Assembly: GCA_937127285.1 (NCBI GenBank)
Contig: CAKZLV010000055.1
Location: 159-64,158, forward strand
Direction of reading: 5' to 3'
DNA length: 64,000 bases
From: an uncultured Bacteroidota bacterium
GTDB taxonomy: Bacteria > Bacteroidota > Rhodothermia > Rhodothermales > Salinibacteraceae
Shown here: positions 55,099 through 62,042 of the stretch, one piece after another
Layout of the letters: the number at the start of each line of letters is the position of its first letter
How positions within the stretch are numbered: the first letter of the stretch is position 1
Program-made: the position numbers and the translations under genes
The notes under the pieces: generated by a model
What the model saw: the letters and a program-made list of their open reading frames with translations, nothing else
Database searches by the model: none
What the model was told of the DNA's origin: nothing

Positions 55099-56778
55099 AT
55101 GCCCGACCCTGATTCTTCGTCTGGCCGCCGCGATGCCGACCTGGACTGGTACCGGCGGCAGTGGGAGGAGCTTCAAGACATTTTGTCCGTCGACCGGGCC
55201 GAGGCCGTCACCGGCCGGGTGCGAGAGCTTCGGCTGGACGCGCTGCAGGACCGAGCCGAGGTATGGGCGGAACAGGCCGAGGGCGGCGACGAGGCGGCGC
55301 GCCGCGTGCTCTCCGAGATCCGCGACCACCTGCGCGCGCTCCGCGACCGGTCCGACGCGCTCGATGCCCTCTGCGATGCCCTCGACGCGCCGGATGCCCG
55401 GACGGCGGCACAACGGGTGCAGGCGCTGAAAGAGGAGCGCGACGACCTGCGCGCTGCCCAGCAGTCGTTTCGGCAGGCCGGCTTCGACGACCCCGAGGAT
55501 GCCCTCGAGATGATCCGCACCATGGAGGCGCAGCTCGACCAGCTCTACGGGGAGAAGGAATCGACCCTGAAGTCGGAACGGCGCGCCGAGGAGATCGCCG
55601 AAAAAGGCGGAACGTTTGAACAGCTGGAGGCGCTGCTCGCCCGCGAGGAGAAGCTCCAGCGCGAACTGGGCATCTCGTCTTCCGACGAGATCATTGCCAT
55701 GGTGAACGGCCTCGTCGACCAACTCGAGGACCTGTACGACCGGCAGGGAGCCGCTCGGCCGGAGTCGGTAAACGGAACGAGCGTGGACGCGCCGTTCGAC
55801 CGGCTGGAGGAACTGCTGGACCGGGAGCAGACGCTCCAGGACGAACTCGGTGTGTCGAGCCCGGACGAGGTCGTTGCGATGGTCCGCGGCCTCACCCGGC
55901 AGCTGGAGGATCTGTACACGGCCCGCGAGCGCCTCGCCCGCGTCAACCTCGACGACGCAGATAGCGTCATCGAGATGGTAAACAGCATGAAAGCGCAGCT
56001 GGAGGTGCTGTACGAGGACCAGGAGCGGCTGTCGAACCAGGGAATCGACGGCGTCGACCACGCCCTGTCGATGATCGAAAGCATGGAGGCGCAGCTGACC
56101 GACCTCTACGAGAAACAGCAAACCCACGGGGCGTCCGACGAGAAGCTTCAGCGCCTGCACGAGCAGTTGGAGTCGCTGCGACGGGAAAAAGAAGACCTGC
56201 TCGAGCGGCGCGAAGCGCTCGAGGCGGAAAATGCGTCGTACGCCCAGACGGTCTCCGCCCTGGAAGACACCCTGGGAACCTCCGACCCGGAAACCATCTC
56301 CAGTCTGGTGGACAGCATGGAGAAGCAGCTCGCCGACGTCTACCAGTCGCAGGAGTCGCCGGCCGACCCGGACGCGACGCCGCCTCCGCCGCTCATCGAC
56401 CGGTCGGACCTGGAGGAGATCGATTCTCGCTCGGCCGAAGAGCTGCACGCCCTGCCGGTCGGCGCCTTCTGCCTGGCGGACGACGGAACGGTGCGCCGGG
56501 CGAACCGTGCCGCCCTACAATGGCCGAGTGCAGAGGCCGCCTCCCCCGACGCGCTGACCGGCCGCGACTTTTTCTTCGATCTGGCGCCGGCAACCAACAA
56601 CCCGCCGTTCCGCGGCCGGTTCTCACGGGGGGTGCGCGAGGAAAATCTGGATACTCGCTTCTCGTACACCTACGTTGCACGAGACGTCCCCCTCACCGGC
56701 TTCGTGGTTCAGATGTATCGCACCGGCGACGACGCCAACTGGATTCTGTTCCAGCCGGTGACGGACCGCTCGCCCTGA
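55099..56778 (+). CDS. Repeat-rich coiled-coil protein with a C-terminal PYP-like PAS domain lacking the chromophore cysteine
   Basis: This 559-aa acidic ORF has six copies of a ~24-aa motif ending Q-L-[ED]-x-L-Y. Its C-terminal ~120 aa are clearly paralogous to the adjacent PYP (FRGRF, FSYTY, NWI), but it reads LAPATNN where PYP reads VAPCTNN. Confidence 0.75.
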   Translation: MPDPDSSSGRRDADLDWYRRQWEELQDILSVDRAEAVTGRVRELRLDALQDRAEVWAEQAEGGDEAARRVLSEIRDHLRALRDRSDALDALCDALDAPDARTAAQRVQALKEERDDLRAAQQSFRQAGFDDPEDALEMIRTMEAQLDQLYGEKESTLKSERRAEEIAEKGGTFEQLEALLAREEKLQRELGISSSDEIIAMVNGLVDQLEDLYDRQGAARPESVNGTSVDAPFDRLEELLDREQTLQDELGVSSPDEVVAMVRGLTRQLEDLYTARERLARVNLDDADSVIEMVNSMKAQLEVLYEDQERLSNQGIDGVDHALSMIESMEAQLTDLYEKQQTHGASDEKLQRLHEQLESLRREKEDLLERREALEAENASYAQTVSALEDTLGTSDPETISSLVDSMEKQLADVYQSQESPADPDATPPPPLIDRSDLEEIDSRSAEELHALPVGAFCLADDGTVRRANRAALQWPSAEAASPDALTGRDFFFDLAPATNNPPFRGRFSRGVREENLDTRFSYTYVARDVPLTGFVVQMYRTGDDANWILFQPVTDRSP

Positions 56779-56891
56779 GCCGCTCGCCCTGAGCCGGTGC
56801 CGCCTCGACGCCGGGGCCGTCCGCGGGCCCGCCTCCGGGCCGGCCGACGGCGTCGTGAACCCATCCGCTTTGAAACCGACCCCACACACCG

Positions 56892-57377
56892 ATGCCTGAA
56901 TCGGAAGAAAAGTACCCGTTTCTCGACAACCCATCGGACGAAGGAACAACGTCCGCCAACGGCCACCGCTCGTCCGGCGAACCGGCAGACCCCGCGCCGT
57001 CTGTCGACGAACTGCACTACGACGACGAGAGCGTCGGCGAAAAGCTTCGGCACGCGACGGACGAGCAGCTCAACGGCGCCAACTTCGGGATTATCCAGAT
57101 TGACGACGACGGCGTCGTTCAGTTCTTCAACGCCTACGAGTCGGAGCTCAGCGGTGTCGACCCGGACGATGCAGAGGGGAACAACTTCTTCACCCAGGTG
57201 GCTCCGTGCACCAACAACCGCCTCTTTCGGGGGCGCTTCAAGAAGGGGGTGCGCCGCGGCGAGCTGGACGAGACGTTTTCCTACACCTACACGTACAAAA
57301 TGCGCCCGACGCTGGTCGACGTCCGGCTCTACCGAGACGAGGCCGGCCACAACTGGATCATGGTCCAAAAGTACTGA
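56892..57377 (+). CDS. pyp: Photoactive yellow protein (with a ~37-aa N-terminal extension)
   Basis: It aligns by eye to Halorhodospira halophila PYP. VAPCTNN contains the chromophore Cys (TGC 57207-57209), the Glu46 equivalent is present (AYESEL), and the C-terminus is NWIMVQKY. Confidence 0.9.
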   Translation: MPESEEKYPFLDNPSDEGTTSANGHRSSGEPADPAPSVDELHYDDESVGEKLRHATDEQLNGANFGIIQIDDDGVVQFFNAYESELSGVDPDDAEGNNFFTQVAPCTNNRLFRGRFKKGVRRGELDETFSYTYTYKMRPTLVDVRLYRDEAGHNWIMVQKY

Positions 57378-58027
57378 CCCCGGCACCGCCGGCTCCCGAA
57401 GGGCCGAATTCGGACGCCGAGTGGGGAGGACCGAGTTCGGGGGCTCATCCGTCCGGCAATTTCGGGACGCACCGCCGGGCGACATCGCTTCGTCCGGACC
57501 GTTGTCCCGCAGCGGGGGTCCCCTCTCCCCCTTCGGATTGCCCCGGCGCGCTGAACCGGCGCGTTAAAGCCGGCGCGCTGACACCGACGAATGGGGGCGA
57601 ATGGGGACGAGTTGATCCGACGCGTCTCCCCGCGGGTCGTGCGTCCCGAGCGAGGCCCGGGAGCTCCTCGTGGGCGGTCGCCTTGCTGTCCGCCGCGCAA
57701 CCGGGGCCCCGGCAGGTGACACGTTGCTGTAACGGATGGATGTCTCCTCCGGTACGCCCGGTACTTGCGAGGCAGTCAACCGTTGTGGGTATCACGAGGG
57801 GGAGAAACGCGCCCGCCTCGGCACCAGCCTGTGCAGACTCGACAGCGGCACGGATCGTCGAGAAACCACCGTAGAGAAACCCACGAGAAACCCACGGGTC
57901 GGGTGCGGGCGAAGCCGCCCACGGGACGGCGCTCGGCACGACGCACGGCGGCGCTCTGGCTGCCGCCGTCCACGTCCTGCTGCTCCTTTTCGTACGCATC
58001 CCTGATGATTTCCTCCGGAGTTCGAGT

Positions 58028-59587
58028 ATGATGAGAAGGAACGGGACGACAGGAGCTCCGGACCCTTCCGGGTCTCCGCGCACCACCGCAAGCCCCGAGG
58101 CCGTGGAGGCCCTGGAGGAGGCGCTGGACCGGTGCGGTTCTCCCGGGGAGCCGCCCTCCGAGAATCCATGGAAATCACTTCTCTTCGACCGGCTGTGCGA
58201 CCGCGCCCTTCCCGCTACGATCTGGAAGGGAAACATCACGCCGGCTGCCTCGCTCTGGACGGGGTCGCGGCTCTGGACGCAGGCCTTCCGCAGCGGGGGC
58301 TTGGAGGCAGGGGACCGGCTCGTCATCGCCCTGCCGTCCAACACGACGTTCGTCCAGGTGCTCCTCGCCGCCATCTGGCAGGGCTGCACCGTGTGCCTCG
58401 TGCCGCCCTCCGAGGACGTAGACGCCGCCTGCGAGGAATTGGACGCCCGCGCCGCCGTGGCTGAGGAGCCGGGCCCTCACGTCTGGACGCCTGAAGGCTA
58501 CGCCGGCCCGCGCACCACGCCGGACGCGCTTCGCTCCGTCTCGGCCGGCCGCACCCCGTCCGTGCGCTTTCTGATGCGCACCTCGGGCACCACCGGCCTG
58601 GCGCGGTGGGTCGCCCTCTCCGACCGGAACGTCCTCTCCGTCCTGCGGAGCCACCTCCCCCACTTCCGCCTGAACGACGGCCGGGTGCTGTCGGTGCTGC
58701 CCTGGACGCACGCGTTCGGGCTCATCCTCGACTTCTTTCCCGCCCTGCTCGCCGGCGCCGAAATCATCCGTGCCCCCGAAGGCGGTCGCTCGCCCCGCAA
58801 GCTGCTGAAGCTGAGCGAGGCCTGGGGGTCGACGCACCTCTCCACCGTCCCCCTCGTCATCGAACGGCTGCTCGCCTGTGACGGCGGCGAAGCCCTTCTG
58901 AGGAACCTGCAGGGCGGCATCGTCGGGGGAGCCCCCGTCTCGGGGCCGATGGCCGAGAAGCTCAGCGAGACGCGCCTGCGGGCCGGATACGGCCAGACCG
59001 AAGCGTCTCCCGGCATCGCTCTCGGAGAACCGGGGCACTGGGAGGCCAACTACCTCGGCCGTCCCGTCGGCTGCAGCGTGGACGTCGCCCCCGACGGCGA
59101 ACTGCTCTTCAGCGGAGACAACGCCTGCGTCGGCTTCTGGGAAGACAGGGGCCTGCACCGGGCCGACCCCCAGCGAACGGTGCGCACCGGCGACCTCGTC
59201 CGGCGCGACGGCGACCATCTCTTTTTTCGCGGGCGCAAGGACGACGCCTTCAAGCTGTCCAACGGCCGCCTCGTTCAGGCCAGCGCCTGCGAGGCCGAGA
59301 TCAAGAACAGCTTTCCGACGCTCCACGACGCCCTGCTCTTTACCCACAACGGCCGCGACCTGACGCTGGCCGTGTGCCCGTCGCAGGACGCGCCGGACGC
59401 GGACCGCCCCTCCGACGAGGCGCTTCTTTCTGCCCTCGGGTCGCTGGCGGCGCGCACCGACCGGGTGGTTTCGGTCTCCCCGGACGAGTGGGTCTCCACT
59501 CCGAAGGGGGCCGTCGACCGGTCGGCCATGATCGAAACCCTCACCGCCGACCTGCCGGCCGCCTCCCGAGCAGCCCGCTGGTCGTGA
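58028..59587 (+). CDS. pcl: AMP-dependent synthetase/ligase, probable p-coumarate-CoA ligase
   Basis: It has the adenylation motifs MRTSGTTGLAR, GYGQTE, and TGDLVRRDGDHLFFRGRKDD. Its position between pyp and the ammonia-lyase matches known PYP chromophore clusters. The start is uncertain. Confidence 0.8.
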   Translation: MMRRNGTTGAPDPSGSPRTTASPEAVEALEEALDRCGSPGEPPSENPWKSLLFDRLCDRALPATIWKGNITPAASLWTGSRLWTQAFRSGGLEAGDRLVIALPSNTTFVQVLLAAIWQGCTVCLVPPSEDVDAACEELDARAAVAEEPGPHVWTPEGYAGPRTTPDALRSVSAGRTPSVRFLMRTSGTTGLARWVALSDRNVLSVLRSHLPHFRLNDGRVLSVLPWTHAFGLILDFFPALLAGAEIIRAPEGGRSPRKLLKLSEAWGSTHLSTVPLVIERLLACDGGEALLRNLQGGIVGGAPVSGPMAEKLSETRLRAGYGQTEASPGIALGEPGHWEANYLGRPVGCSVDVAPDGELLFSGDNACVGFWEDRGLHRADPQRTVRTGDLVRRDGDHLFFRGRKDDAFKLSNGRLVQASACEAEIKNSFPTLHDALLFTHNGRDLTLAVCPSQDAPDADRPSDEALLSALGSLAARTDRVVSVSPDEWVSTPKGAVDRSAMIETLTADLPAASRAARWS

Positions 59588-59735
59588 TCGCACCGCCGCG
59601 CGACGGGTCGGGCGGCCGCAGGATTCGTCCACCGGCCCGCGCTCCGTGCCGTCGCTGCCCCCCGGCCGCCGATGCCGGATTCCTCCTTGGTCCCGGTCCC
59701 CCCTTTGGTTTCCCCTCACCGCCCCCTCTGCCCTC

Positions 59736-61229
59736 ATGTCGACGCCCGTGTTCCTCGGTCCCGACGTCTGCTTGACTGCAGAGGACGTGGAGACGGTGGC
59801 CCGCAGCGCGTCGTGCTGCGTGGAGCGAACGGAGGCTGCCGCCGCCGGCATGCAGCGGGCCCGGGAGGCCCTGGGCGAGGTGGAGCGGAGCGGGGCGCCC
59901 ATCTACGGCGTCACCACCGGGTTCGGAGCGCTCGTCGATCATGCCTCGGAGGGCTCGTCAGCCGACCACGCAACCGGCCTTCTGCATCACCTCACGACCG
60001 GCTCCGGCCCCCCGGCCGATCGATCCGTCGTGCGAGCGATGATGCTGGCCCGGCTTCAGGCCCTCGCCCAGGGACGATCCGGCGTCCGCCTCTCCGTCTT
60101 CGACGCCCTGGCATCGCTGATCAACGCATCGATCACGCCGGACGTCCCGGAGATCGGCTCCCTCGGGGCGAGCGGAGACCTCACCCCCCTCGCGCACGTC
60201 GCGCAAGTGGTTGCCGGTGACGGATCGGTGCGCGCGCCGGACGGCAGCCCTGCCCCCGCCAGCGACGCACTTGCCGAAGCCGGCCTGGAGCCGGTGTCGC
60301 TGGACGGACGCGACGCCCTCGCCCTGGTAAACGGAACCGCGTTCATGACGGGGCTGGCCAGCCTGGCCCTCGTGCGGGCCGAGCGCTTGATGCGGCGGGC
60401 CGAAGCGCTCACCGGCTGGGCCTACCGTCTGCTCGGCTGCTCGCTGGAGCCGCTCGATGCCGTCCTGCACGACGCTCGCGGGCATGCCGGGCAGGCCGCC
60501 AGCGCCGCAGCCATCCGCGACGAGGCGCTCCGCGACGGATCCATCCCCGAGGCCGACCGGCCGCTGCAGGAAGCATACTCGCTGCGGTGCGCCCCGCAGA
60601 TCCTCGGCGCGGTGCGCGAGCAGCTGCAGTACGTGCGGTCCCTCACCGAAACCGAACTGAACGGCACGAACGACAACCCCGTCATCGATCCCGACGGCCC
60701 CCGCGTCATCCACGGCGGCAACTTTCAAGGCCAGCAGGTGGCCTTCGCCGCCGACGCACTCAACGCCGCCATCACGCAGGTCGGCGTCCTGGCAGAGCGG
60801 CAACTGGACCTCTTGCTCACGCCGCAGCGCAACGGCGGCGCACCGCCCCTGCTCGCCTGGCGTCCGGGGCCGACGAGCGGCCTGGCCGGCGCGCAATTGA
60901 CAGCCACCTCCCTCGTCGCCGAACTGCGGCACGACGCCCAGATGAGCGCCACCTTCTCCATTCCCACCAACGGCGACAACCAGGACGTCGTGTCGATGGG
61001 AGCGATGGCGGCCCGCCGCGCCTACGAGCAGACCGACCACCTCGCCCCCATCCTGGCCATTCTGAGTCTGGCCCTGACCCAACTGACCCACCTGCGCCGG
61101 GCAGGACGCGCCGACGGGCCCGCTCCCGCCCCTCCCCCCTGGATGCCGGACGTCGAGCCCGTCGTAGACGACCGGCCGCTCCGCTCCGACATTGCCGACC
61201 TCGCCGAGCGGTGGCTCCACCCCGACTAA
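59736..61229 (+). CDS. tal: Aromatic amino acid ammonia-lyase, probable tyrosine ammonia-lyase
   Basis: The ORF was trimmed to MSTPVFLG. It has the MIO-forming GASGDLTPLAH (Ala-Ser-Gly) and NGTNDNPV. LLHHLTTGSG puts His-Leu at the substrate-selectivity position. Confidence 0.85.
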   Translation: MSTPVFLGPDVCLTAEDVETVARSASCCVERTEAAAAGMQRAREALGEVERSGAPIYGVTTGFGALVDHASEGSSADHATGLLHHLTTGSGPPADRSVVRAMMLARLQALAQGRSGVRLSVFDALASLINASITPDVPEIGSLGASGDLTPLAHVAQVVAGDGSVRAPDGSPAPASDALAEAGLEPVSLDGRDALALVNGTAFMTGLASLALVRAERLMRRAEALTGWAYRLLGCSLEPLDAVLHDARGHAGQAASAAAIRDEALRDGSIPEADRPLQEAYSLRCAPQILGAVREQLQYVRSLTETELNGTNDNPVIDPDGPRVIHGGNFQGQQVAFAADALNAAITQVGVLAERQLDLLLTPQRNGGAPPLLAWRPGPTSGLAGAQLTATSLVAELRHDAQMSATFSIPTNGDNQDVVSMGAMAARRAYEQTDHLAPILAILSLALTQLTHLRRAGRADGPAPAPPPWMPDVEPVVDDRPLRSDIADLAERWLHPD

Positions 61230-61377
61230 GCGCACACCCCGTCACGCACGCCGTGCAGCGGCCAACCCAGCGCCGGCCCGCCTCTCCCGAACTCTGCGCT
61301 CTCCGGTCCTGTGCCCTCCCCGCATCCGGCTTTTCGTTTCTTCCTCCGCCGCTTTCCCACACTCCCCCCTGCCTCCT

Positions 61378-61869
61378 ATGCCCGAACGCATCGACCCCGA
61401 ACCCGGCCAAGAATCGGTCTGGGATTACCCGCGCCCTCCCGCCCTCGAGCGGGTGACCGACCGGATTCAGGTGGTCTTCAACGACGAACTCATCGCCGAC
61501 ACGACCGGTGCCTACCGCGTGCTGGAAACGAGTCACCCGCCCGTATACTACCTGCCTCCGGAAGATATCAACATGGAGCGGCTGGAGAAGACCGGTCACC
61601 GAACCCTGTGCGAATTCAAGGGGCAGGCCGTCTACTACACCGTCCGCGTGGGCGACCGAACGGCCGAACGCGCCGCGTGGGGATATCCGAACCCGACGGA
61701 GCGCTTTCAGGAGATGCAGAACTACCTGGCGTTCTACGCAAGTAAAATGGACACCTGCCGCATCGGAGACGAAGAGGCCTACGCCCAGGAAGGGGACTTC
61801 TACGGCGGATGGATCACCGACGACATCGTCGGGCCGTTCAAGGGCGGGCCGGGGACGGTCGGTTGGTGA
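61378..61869 (+). CDS. DUF427 domain protein
   Basis: The ORF was trimmed to MPERIDPE. The WDYPRPP...YYLP...C.FKG.A.YY...AWGY pattern is characteristic of DUF427. Confidence 0.8.
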   Translation: MPERIDPEPGQESVWDYPRPPALERVTDRIQVVFNDELIADTTGAYRVLETSHPPVYYLPPEDINMERLEKTGHRTLCEFKGQAVYYTVRVGDRTAERAAWGYPNPTERFQEMQNYLAFYASKMDTCRIGDEEAYAQEGDFYGGWITDDIVGPFKGGPGTVGW

Positions 61870-62042
61870 GCCCCCCGCCGGCCGGAGAGCGCCGGGAGGA
61901 ACCGGCCGGGCGAGCCGCAGGCAAATGAGGGGCGGGCCGAAGACGACCGGCCCGTCTACACCGGGAATCTCCCCGCCCGGGTGCGCGTTGGAGGGTCCGG
62001 CGGTTCAAGGAGCCCTCACCTCATTCCTTCTCTCCGAGAACC

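Noticed and set aside
54649-56448. 599-aa minus-strand ORF opposite the PYP-like repeat protein
   Set aside because: Its internal repeats simply mirror the sense-strand repeats. The sense frame yields an acidic, helical, halophile-typical protein ending in a PYP-homologous domain. The antisense frame is Leu/Arg/Val/Gln-rich with no motif.
57445-58389. 314-aa minus-strand ORF between pyp and pcl
   Set aside because: It overlaps the 5' part of the ligase gene in antisense and has low-complexity Ala/Arg/Ser/Pro composition.
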